A stretch of 26,224 nucleotides of DNA from IMG/VR virus record IMGVR_UViG_3300037046_000125, positions 1-26,224 of that record. One strand, written 5' to 3'. Numbering within the stretch: the first letter of the stretch is position 1; every line of letters starts with the position of its first letter. A program made the translations under genes and the position numbers. Below the pieces are notes generated by a model that did not search any database, was not told the origin of the DNA, and worked only from the letters and a program-made list of their open reading frames with translations. This DNA is from a virus. Lineage: Duplodnaviria > Caudoviricetes. This document shows positions 15,729 to 23,325 of the stretch, piece after piece.

Positions 15729-16463
15729 ATGCCCACTGCGCGCGCCATAGTCCTCTGCCTGGCCGGCCTACTCGCCGGCTGCTCAACCAGCGATGGACCG
15801 TTTGCCTGGTGGAGCGGTCGCGAGGCGCGCGCGGTGGACCGTGCTGAATCGCGTCTGGCGGCCGATCAGCAGGCGGTCATCCAGTCCGCGCGCGCGGAGG
15901 TGGCCAAGGCGAGCCAGTCGATCGCCGCCGCGCCCCAGGACAATCTGCCAGTACAGTTGACCACACGCTTCATCGACAATTCCCTGCCGCTCCTGGACCA
16001 GGTGGCCGGTCCGATGACCGCCCAGGAGGCGGCCGATCTGCGCGCGCTCGTGCGCGATCTGCTCGACGGCAAGGCTGATGCTGAGAGCCGCCAGCGCGCG
16101 GCGGAGGCCACCGCTGAACAGAGGTCCAGGCAGCTAGCGGCCACTGAGCAGTTGCTCGCCGAGGCGCGGGCCAACCTGCGCAGCGCATTCGAGCGCGAGA
16201 CAAGGCTGGCCAATCGCTACCGCAAGGCGCTCTGGACCAGCATCGGGCTGGGCGCACTGTCGCTCGTCGCAACGGCCGGAATGTGGTACGTCAAATCCTT
16301 TTACGGCGGCGGCGTCGCCGGCATCGCTGGCGCGCTCTCCGATTTGCGCGCGGGCCGGCACCCAGCGTATCAGGACTTTGTCACCGCGCTCGATGTGAAC
16401 CTTTCACCCACCCTGCAAAGGGCCGTAAACAGGCTGAAAACCGAACCTATCCTCCCATTATGA
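15729..16463 (+). CDS. Lipoprotein with coiled coil and C-proximal TM helix (spanin-like)
   Basis: Lipobox LLAG-C at residue 18; Ala/Arg/Glu/Gln coiled coil; TM ALWTSIGLGALSLVATAGMWYV. Confidence 0.7.
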   Translation: MPTARAIVLCLAGLLAGCSTSDGPFAWWSGREARAVDRAESRLAADQQAVIQSARAEVAKASQSIAAAPQDNLPVQLTTRFIDNSLPLLDQVAGPMTAQEAADLRALVRDLLDGKADAESRQRAAEATAEQRSRQLAATEQLLAEARANLRSAFERETRLANRYRKALWTSIGLGALSLVATAGMWYVKSFYGGGVAGIAGALSDLRAGRHPAYQDFVTALDVNLSPTLQRAVNRLKTEPILPL

Positions 16464-16918
16464 CTCCCCCCAACAACGTCCCCACACCCAATGACATCCT
16501 CTTCGGTGGCCGCGAGGTGGTCGTTACCGACCGCTCCGGCGCCCCCCGTACGATCCAGATCCGGCAGATCCGGATACGGGAAATCCCCGCCTATCGCAGG
16601 GCCGAGCAGGACCCGGTTGACCAGGTCGCATTTGTCACCGGGCTTACTCCTGAGGAAATCGATGGTCTCTCCTATGAGAGTTTCAAGCAGATCCTCGACG
16701 GCGCGGAGGCCGTCAACGGCCCTTTAGCCCGAGACAGCGAGGAGCGCGAACAGGCGAAAACCAAACGCGCGCTCGACATCGCCCGCGAGCAGATGCCGGA
16801 TCTGTACGCCGAGGCCAGCAAGGAGCTCGTCCAGAGCATGCAGCTCATGATGACCCATGCCGCGCACACAATGACAGGAGCTGGGGCGGTCTCCTCGACT
16901 CCGTCGCCGACTGCGTAG
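16460..16918 (+). CDS. Tail assembly chaperone (lambda gpG-like)
   Basis: ATGA overlap at 16460; IQIRQIRIREIP..TGLTPEEIDGLS pattern; upstream of tape measure. Confidence 0.8.
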   Translation: MTPPNNVPTPNDILFGGREVVVTDRSGAPRTIQIRQIRIREIPAYRRAEQDPVDQVAFVTGLTPEEIDGLSYESFKQILDGAEAVNGPLARDSEEREQAKTKRALDIAREQMPDLYAEASKELVQSMQLMMTHAAHTMTGAGAVSSTPSPTA

Positions 16919-17160
16919 CCACGACAGGCATGTCATGGGATTCCGTACTCGATCTGACTGCCGCGCAACTGCACATGGTCATGGAGGCTGTGCAGCGCGG
17001 CGTCGCGCGTACGAGTCTGGACCGGTTGCATTCCACGGCGTTCGGCGGTGGCGCCGTGTATCATGGCAAGGATGGTCACCGCGAGTACACCCAGCGCGTG
17101 CACAAGCTCGAAGAGGATCTCACTTCCTTGTCAGAGCCCTGGTCGGCAACCAGGACGTGA
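16720..17160 (+). CDS. Frameshift extension of tail chaperone (gpGT-like, -1 frame)
   Basis: Slippery heptamer C CCT TTA at 16720-16726 in the correct phase; -1 frame open 16678-17160 and encodes ..ADCVATTGMSWDSVLDLTAAQL.. Confidence 0.65.
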   Translation, partial: PFSPRQRGARTGENQTRARHRPRADAGSVRRGQQGARPEHAAHDDPCRAHNDRSWGGLLDSVADCVATTGMSWDSVLDLTAAQLHMVMEAVQRGVARTSLDRLHSTAFGGGAVYHGKDGHREYTQRVHKLEEDLTSLSEPWSATRT

Positions 17161-17278
17161 TGAACAGCGCCTTGCAACAGACCAGGAGATACCAGCACGC
17201 ATAGATCGCCACCGGCGCCAGCAGAAATGCCAGCAACACGCTGATAACGCTTTCATTCACTTCGTAATCACCGGTCAT
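17120..17278 (-). CDS. Antisense 52-aa membrane protein (moron-like)
   Basis: Manual translation MTGDYEVNESVISVLLAFLLAPVAIYACWYLLVCCKALFITSWLPTRALTRK; fills the gap before the tape measure; below the ORF-track size cutoff. Confidence 0.65.
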   Translation of the reverse strand: MTGDYEVNESVISVLLAFLLAPVAIYACWYLLVCCKALFITSWLPTRALTRK

Positions 17279-17284
17279 ACCCGC

Positions 17285-17312
17285 AAGATAAGATGCCCAC
17301 GGACCCTGTCAA
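17285..17312 (-). promoter_or_regulatory. Sigma70 promoter for the antisense ORF, predicted leaderless transcript
   Basis: TTGACA (17312-17307)-N16-TATCTT (17290-17285), then 6 nt and ATG at 17278. Confidence 0.65.
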
Positions 17313-20300
17313 TATCATGCTGCTGTTCCAGACGCGCACGGCGGCGATTCAGCAGGCGCAGCAGCAACTTACCGGGCTAAACAAGCATCTGACGATCACT
17401 ACCCGGATCCTGGAGCGGGTGGCGCAGATCAACATCGCCCAGGCATTGATCACCGTGCCCAAGCGGGCGATCGAGATCGGCATCGCTTACAACAGGATGC
17501 TCCAGGAGACGACCGACAGCCTGCGGGCGATGGCGCTAGCCGGGAGCGCCCAGGGCAGCCTCCAAGCCGCCACGCGCCAATCCGCCGAGGTGATGGGGAT
17601 TCTGCGCGCGCGCGCCAATGATACCGGCCAGGAGCTGCGTTCCCTGATCGCCATTTTCCAACAAGGGGCCGGGGTTGCGCAGCAGGCAGGCATCGCGCTG
17701 CGTGACTGGGCGCAGATCAGCGTCGAAGCGACCAGGGCCGGGACCAATCTCGGGCTGACGGTTGAGCAGATCCGCACCAATCTGCAGATGATTGCCTCAG
17801 GCCAGGTGCGCGAGACCAACCTGCTCGCCCGGGCGATCGGACTTGACCAGGCGACGATCCGCCGCGCCATCGAGGCCGGAAACCTGGTGGATGTCTTGCG
17901 CGCCAAACTTGCGCCCTGGCAGACTGAGGTGCATGGTCTCACGGCCGCACAGAACAGGCTCAGCAACGCCTTGCAGGAGGCGTGGGGCCGGGTTGCACTG
18001 CCGCTTTTTGAACGACTCCAGGTTGAGACCGAGAAATTTACGGAGCGCATTGAGGGCAGCGGCCGCGGCGCACAGTCCTTTGGTGAAATCCTCGCCGACC
18101 TGACATCGGCCGCCGGCATGCTACTGGGCGTGGTGGTGCAATACGGCCCTATGCTGGCCAGGATCGCGGCGGCGGTAGCCGCGCTCAAAATCGCCCAGTT
18201 CGTCACCGCGATGCTGTTACTTACTCGTGCCACCTGGGCGCAGGTGGTAGCCAACACGGCGCTGGCAACAAGTCAGCAGGCGGTTGCCACGACCGGCGCG
18301 GCCACGCGACTGCATTCGCTGGGTGAACTCATCAGTCGGATGTCGTTCGGTATCAGTACAGCGACCGGACTATTTGGCAAGATGCGGGCCGCCATAGCGG
18401 CGGTGGGAGCCACGCTGCGCGGTGTGTTCCTAGCCAATCCTCTATTGGTGGTGGTCGCGGCCGTCACGGCCATCCTCGCCGGTCTGTGGGCATGGAACTT
18501 GCGGCAGCGCCAGATCGCCCGCGAAATCCGCGACATCCGCGCGGAAACGCTGCGCCTGCGCGATGGGATGGCGGAACGCCTGGCCGCCATCACGACTGAG
18601 GCACAGCAGACGGCCCGCGTGCGCGAACTGACGGCGCAGTTGCTCGACCTGGAACAGCGCATCACCGAGGAGAAGCGCCGCCAAGTGAGGGCGCAGATGG
18701 AACGGCAGGCGACCACGGTGCGCGATGAAATCATCCGCACAAGGGCAATGTCCGGACCGGATTTGCGTGTCAACGCCCGGGCTGCCGAGGAGCGGCAGGC
18801 ACGCGAGGCGGCACTCAGTCGCCTCCCGGATCGGCTGGAAGCATTCCGCCAGGAACAGGCGGCGCTGCGCGCCGCGGCCATGAGTATAGAGGAGCGGCTG
18901 GGGGCGGCCGACCGAAAAGCCGTGGCGGCGCGCGCAGCCATCGATGGTCGCACGGCCGCCGACCTGGATGAAGCGGAGGATGCCATCGCCGCGTTGCGCG
19001 CGCAGCTTGACGCAGAGAGGCAGCGCGCCGCCGGGTTTATTGATCTGGTGAACGATCGTCCATCTAATGTCGCGGCGCTGGAACAGTCGCTGACCTCGGC
19101 CGAAGCGGAGTTGTCCAGCCTGGTCGAAGGCCTTGGCCGGGTCCAGGCGGCCGAGATGGAGCTGGCGGAGGCCAAGAAACTCGCCGACGAGGAGCGTGCC
19201 GCCCGTGTTCAAGCATTGCTGGCATTGGATATTGATGCCATCCGGATAGCGGAAGCGGAGATCAAAAGCCAGTATGCGCGCGAAGGCGGCGATGCCCGCG
19301 CGCATTATGCCATGCTGGCAGCGCTCGCCGGGGAGCGCTGGGGTCGCGAAATTACCGGCGCACGCGAGGCGGCAGAGGCGGCAGTCGGCACATCAAACGA
19401 AGTGTTGGCGGCGCAACAACTCAGCAACCTCGAACGGCAACGCGCGGTGGAAATCGCGGACCTCGCCCTGGCGCGCGATCGCGACCTGGCCGCGGCAGCC
19501 CGCAAGACCTACGATGCCGCCGTCGAGGGCGTACGCGAACTGGTCAGGGAGATCGACTCGCTGTTGTTCTCCGAGTCTGATGTCGCTAAACGCACTCAAC
19601 TCGAAGAGCATCGCAAGCGCCTGATCACTGAAGCCCTGCAGGCTTTCGAGGAATACCAGAGAGCGGTGCAGGGATTCGGCATGCCGGAAGTCGGCCTGCC
19701 CGCGCCACAGTTCGATGAACCGCCCCAGCGCGCCACGCGTTTTGAGCGCGCGCAACAAGGCTATGCCGGACTGCAGGATCCGACGCAGCACTACCAGTCG
19801 GCCGGCGAGGGTTTCGAGGGTGGTGCCATGGAATACCTGACGCAGTTGGGGACCGTCGGCGACCAGGTGGCCAGCACCTTCAGCAATATTGCCCAGACCA
19901 TCACGGGGGGCATCGCCAATGGTATCACGGGCCTTATCGCCAGGACCATGACCTGGCGCCAGGCGTTGGCACAGATCGGCACGGCCGTACTCAACACCAT
20001 CATTCAGTCATTCGTCGAGATGGCTGCGGCCTACATGATGCGCCGGATGATGATGTTTGTGTTCGGCCGCAAACTCGATGCAGCGGAGGTGGCCGGCAAT
20101 GTGTCCAAAAATGCAGCATTGCTAACCAGCGAGGCGACAACCGCCGCAGCCACAGCCGTTGCCTGGACACCGGCCGCATTGGTCAAGTCCATTGCCACCT
20201 TTGGCCTAGCGGCATTGATAGGCGCGGCCATCCTCGCGGCAGTGCTTGGGGGATTTAGCACCGGCGGCTACACTGGCCACGGTAATCCGGACGAGGTGGC

Positions 20301-20625
20301 GGGAGTCGTGCACCGCCGCGAATGGGTGGTGCCGGCCGATGTGGTCGATCGCACCGGACCTGGTTACTGGGCGCGTATGGTGGCTGATGCCAGGTCCGGT
20401 ACGGCTCCTGCTATGCCAAGTTTGTCACAACAACCGACTGGGATTGCTCCCATGGCCAGGTTAGCGGCGCCCGGGCAACAGGGAGGGCAGGATGGCACTG
20501 CGAGCACCAGGCCCCTCAATATCCACGCCTATTTCAGTATGCGACGGGCATGGGAGGCCATGCGCGACGATGTGGATGCGAGATTCGTTGATCTGATGGA
20601 CAAGGGGAGTACGGCATTCCTGTGA
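17293..20625 (+). CDS. Tail tape measure protein
   Basis: 1110 aa, Ala-rich helical with hydrophobic segments, C-terminal GFSTGGYTG..AGVVHRREWVVPA motif. Confidence 0.95.
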   Translation: MPTDPVNIMLLFQTRTAAIQQAQQQLTGLNKHLTITTRILERVAQINIAQALITVPKRAIEIGIAYNRMLQETTDSLRAMALAGSAQGSLQAATRQSAEVMGILRARANDTGQELRSLIAIFQQGAGVAQQAGIALRDWAQISVEATRAGTNLGLTVEQIRTNLQMIASGQVRETNLLARAIGLDQATIRRAIEAGNLVDVLRAKLAPWQTEVHGLTAAQNRLSNALQEAWGRVALPLFERLQVETEKFTERIEGSGRGAQSFGEILADLTSAAGMLLGVVVQYGPMLARIAAAVAALKIAQFVTAMLLLTRATWAQVVANTALATSQQAVATTGAATRLHSLGELISRMSFGISTATGLFGKMRAAIAAVGATLRGVFLANPLLVVVAAVTAILAGLWAWNLRQRQIAREIRDIRAETLRLRDGMAERLAAITTEAQQTARVRELTAQLLDLEQRITEEKRRQVRAQMERQATTVRDEIIRTRAMSGPDLRVNARAAEERQAREAALSRLPDRLEAFRQEQAALRAAAMSIEERLGAADRKAVAARAAIDGRTAADLDEAEDAIAALRAQLDAERQRAAGFIDLVNDRPSNVAALEQSLTSAEAELSSLVEGLGRVQAAEMELAEAKKLADEERAARVQALLALDIDAIRIAEAEIKSQYAREGGDARAHYAMLAALAGERWGREITGAREAAEAAVGTSNEVLAAQQLSNLERQRAVEIADLALARDRDLAAAARKTYDAAVEGVRELVREIDSLLFSESDVAKRTQLEEHRKRLITEALQAFEEYQRAVQGFGMPEVGLPAPQFDEPPQRATRFERAQQGYAGLQDPTQHYQSAGEGFEGGAMEYLTQLGTVGDQVASTFSNIAQTITGGIANGITGLIARTMTWRQALAQIGTAVLNTIIQSFVEMAAAYMMRRMMMFVFGRKLDAAEVAGNVSKNAALLTSEATTAAATAVAWTPAALVKSIATFGLAALIGAAILAAVLGGFSTGGYTGHGNPDEVAGVVHRREWVVPADVVDRTGPGYWARMVADARSGTAPAMPSLSQQPTGIAPMARLAAPGQQGGQDGTASTRPLNIHAYFSMRRAWEAMRDDVDARFVDLMDKGSTAFL

Positions 20626-22667
20626 GCTGGGCTACGACCTCATATGATGGGCAAGCGGTAGGCGTATTGCTGGCCGATCCCGACTGGGCGGCGCCGGTAC
20701 GGCTGACGCTGCGCAAACCGGTCGACAAACAGCGCAGCCTGGTGGGCCGCGAGGCGCGTCCATCTTTGGCCCATGCGCTGCATTGTTCCATCAGTTACCG
20801 GGCCGCCCTTGACCGCGATCACGCGGCAGCTCTGCTGACCGCGTTGCAGGCCAGGCAGGATCAGCCCGTCCTTGTCCCGGCATGGCCTTTTCTACGCCCC
20901 TACGATGATTATCTGGAGTCTGCAGCTCCAGTGCGCGGAGGCCTGTACCTGGCATTCAACGCGGCCAATCCGTCGTCTTTCTCCCTCGTGATCGATGTGG
21001 AGCTGGACCAATACACTTATGATTGGGCGGTGCCCGTCCTATGGTGCAAACCGGAGCGTGCGCCCAAAGTTGTGTTGGACACCCCGGAGTTCACGACAGT
21101 CCAGTTTGAGTTTCGTGAGGACGGTCCGGCTCAATTCCCCCTCCAGCCGGTGGAACGGTCCTGGACGTCGGGTCCGGCTCTTGGGGCGTATTCTCCCTAC
21201 GTGTTCCCCTGGGTACATGGTGGCCTGCGGGCGCAAGACAGTGGCGCCGATCTGATCGCCGTTGACCGCCGCACCCTTGGGCCATCTGGCAGAATGCAGG
21301 CCGCTGCCGCCTATGAGCAGGATGCGGAACGCCTGGTAAGCGCAGAGGTGGCTGTGGAGAGTGCCGATGACATCGCTGCGCTCATGCGCTGGTTCGCCGA
21401 TCATGGCGGGAGTACCCCATTCTACGTCTCCAGCGGGCAGTCGGTATGCCGGCTGGTGAGCGTCGATCAGCCCGGCGATGACTACATTCTTGAGGTCGAT
21501 AATGCGGCGCTTCTCGGGGCTAATCGCGTCTTGGCCATCCACCGCTATGGACTGCCCCTGGAAATACGCAGGGTCGCCAGCATCGCTGGCAATTATCTCG
21601 ATATTGGTGGTGCGCTGGGGTCACCACTTCCGACCTCCACCGATGTGTTGGCCCTGGCCGCGCTAGCCCGGCATGCCCAGGATGAGATCGAGCTGTCCTT
21701 TGCGTCGCCTGAGTACGCCACCTCTACGTTGCATTTTCGCGAGTTGCCGGCCGAATATACCATCCCGACCGGTGAGACGCGTGGCACCACCATGGGGGCG
21801 CTGGCGATCGTCGCCTGGTTGTACGAGATCGTCCTCGACTGGGGCGGCGCATCGGTCCAGACGACCAGGCTCACATCGCATGAGCGAACCGTCACGGCCG
21901 GTGGGCAAACCTACATCGCCCGGCCTATCGAACATGGTGAAATCCTGCGCAGCCTGCGTTTGGAACGCGACAATCTCTCAATCCGGACCAGATGGTGGGA
22001 TAATTGCCCGTGGCGCGTATGGCTGCCAGGCTATATGGACGCCAAAATGCTGATGCGCATTTATCGCTGCACGGTCAATGCCAGCGGGGTGGGCGGCACC
22101 CCGGTTTTGCGCTATACCGGCGAGGTGGATAAGGTCACCTTCGATGGTCCGTTCATCGAAGCCCAATTGAGGGGGATAAACAACCTGTTCGACCGTCGCT
22201 GTCCACGCAGGCTGATGCAGCAGGGTTGCAACCATGCGCTGTTCGATGCCGGTTGCACTTTGGATTTGGAGGAATGGCAATTCGCTGGTAGCGTGGAGTC
22301 GTGGGATGGCAACGAGGTGAGTGTGGGCAATCTGGAGACTCCGGAAGGTGTCACCGGCTGGACATCGGCCGATTACTTTGCCCTCGGCTATTTGGAGTAT
22401 GTCGCCAGCGGCGAAACAATCCGGCATGGCATCCTGCGGTCATCCTATGATCTGGGCGAGGACGTCCTCGAACTGATACTTGCACGGCCATTGCGCGGCA
22501 ACGCCCCTGCTGGAGTTACCGTCGTGCCCGGCTGTGATGGCATGCCCGTCACCTGCCATGACAAGTTCAATAATCGGGTGAATTTCGGCGGGTTCCCGGA
22601 AGTGCCGACCAAGTCGCCATCCTTCCAGCCGCTGAAAAAGTCCACATCCAATTCCGGGAAGAAATGA
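20622..22667 (+). CDS. Distal tail protein fused to hub protein (DUF2163/BR0599, lambda gpL-like)
   Basis: C-terminal QQGCNHALFDAGC...PGCDG...C..KFNN..NFGGFP four-Cys motif; ~390-aa N-terminal region in distal-tail position. Confidence 0.85.
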   Translation: MSWATTSYDGQAVGVLLADPDWAAPVRLTLRKPVDKQRSLVGREARPSLAHALHCSISYRAALDRDHAAALLTALQARQDQPVLVPAWPFLRPYDDYLESAAPVRGGLYLAFNAANPSSFSLVIDVELDQYTYDWAVPVLWCKPERAPKVVLDTPEFTTVQFEFREDGPAQFPLQPVERSWTSGPALGAYSPYVFPWVHGGLRAQDSGADLIAVDRRTLGPSGRMQAAAAYEQDAERLVSAEVAVESADDIAALMRWFADHGGSTPFYVSSGQSVCRLVSVDQPGDDYILEVDNAALLGANRVLAIHRYGLPLEIRRVASIAGNYLDIGGALGSPLPTSTDVLALAALARHAQDEIELSFASPEYATSTLHFRELPAEYTIPTGETRGTTMGALAIVAWLYEIVLDWGGASVQTTRLTSHERTVTAGGQTYIARPIEHGEILRSLRLERDNLSIRTRWWDNCPWRVWLPGYMDAKMLMRIYRCTVNASGVGGTPVLRYTGEVDKVTFDGPFIEAQLRGINNLFDRRCPRRLMQQGCNHALFDAGCTLDLEEWQFAGSVESWDGNEVSVGNLETPEGVTGWTSADYFALGYLEYVASGETIRHGILRSSYDLGEDVLELILARPLRGNAPAGVTVVPGCDGMPVTCHDKFNNRVNFGGFPEVPTKSPSFQPLKKSTSNSGKK

Positions 22668-23104
22668 GATCACCAAGTGAGATCGAGCGGCTATTGGCGG
22701 CGGCTGAAAGTTGGCTGGGGACCCCATTCTGCGAGGGTTCTGCCGTCAAGGGTGCCGGCGTGTGCTGCCACCGCCTGCCCGGGGAAATCTACTTTGAAGC
22801 TGGCTGGCTGGACCGCTTTGTGTTGCCTACAGGCCCAACAGGCTGGGCGCGCACGGGTACCAGACCGTTGATGGAACCATATCTGGATGCGTACGAACAG
22901 CTGCGCAGTCTGACCGTTGATGAGGCAATAGAGCCAGGCGATTTGCTAGGGTTCCGCCTCGGGGCGTGGGTACATCATCTGGCATTGGCTATGCCAGGCG
23001 GTCGGATGATCCATGTGGCCCAGAATGTTGGGGTCCGGATGGAAGCATGTATCCCCGCCATGTGGGCGCGGCGGCTTGCCAGGTCATGGAGGATCATTTC
23101 ATGA
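22664..23104 (+). CDS. NlpC/P60 tail-tip peptidase
   Basis: AESWLGTPF..KGAGVCC..PGDLLGF..HHLAL..MIHV; follows the hub gene as in GTA/lambda-like tips. Confidence 0.9.
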   Translation: MRSPSEIERLLAAAESWLGTPFCEGSAVKGAGVCCHRLPGEIYFEAGWLDRFVLPTGPTGWARTGTRPLMEPYLDAYEQLRSLTVDEAIEPGDLLGFRLGAWVHHLALAMPGGRMIHVAQNVGVRMEACIPAMWARRLARSWRIIS

Positions 23105-23322
23105 GGGCGTGGGCGCTTGGGCTTGTCGCCCACTCCGGTTCCAGCTCGGGCCCGGTCACAAATCCCATCCCGGTAGAGGATGAGGAGCTTTCCACCCATC
23201 AGGAGGCCGTACCGGTGCCGAGTTGGTGGGGTACGCGGCATATTGCCCTGCGCTGGCTGGCGCCGGCCTACGACATGATCACCGAGCAAGCTCCGGATGA
23301 TCAGCCAGGGAAGAAGGGATAA
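23101..23322 (+). CDS. Small tail-tip assembly protein
   Basis: ATGA overlap at 23101; PVPSWWGTRHI motif and GKKG C-terminus, like small tip genes of D3112/B3-like phages. Confidence 0.7.
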   Translation: MRAWALGLVAHSGSSSGPVTNPIPVEDEELSTHQEAVPVPSWWGTRHIALRWLAPAYDMITEQAPDDQPGKKG

Positions 23323-23325
23323 GCT

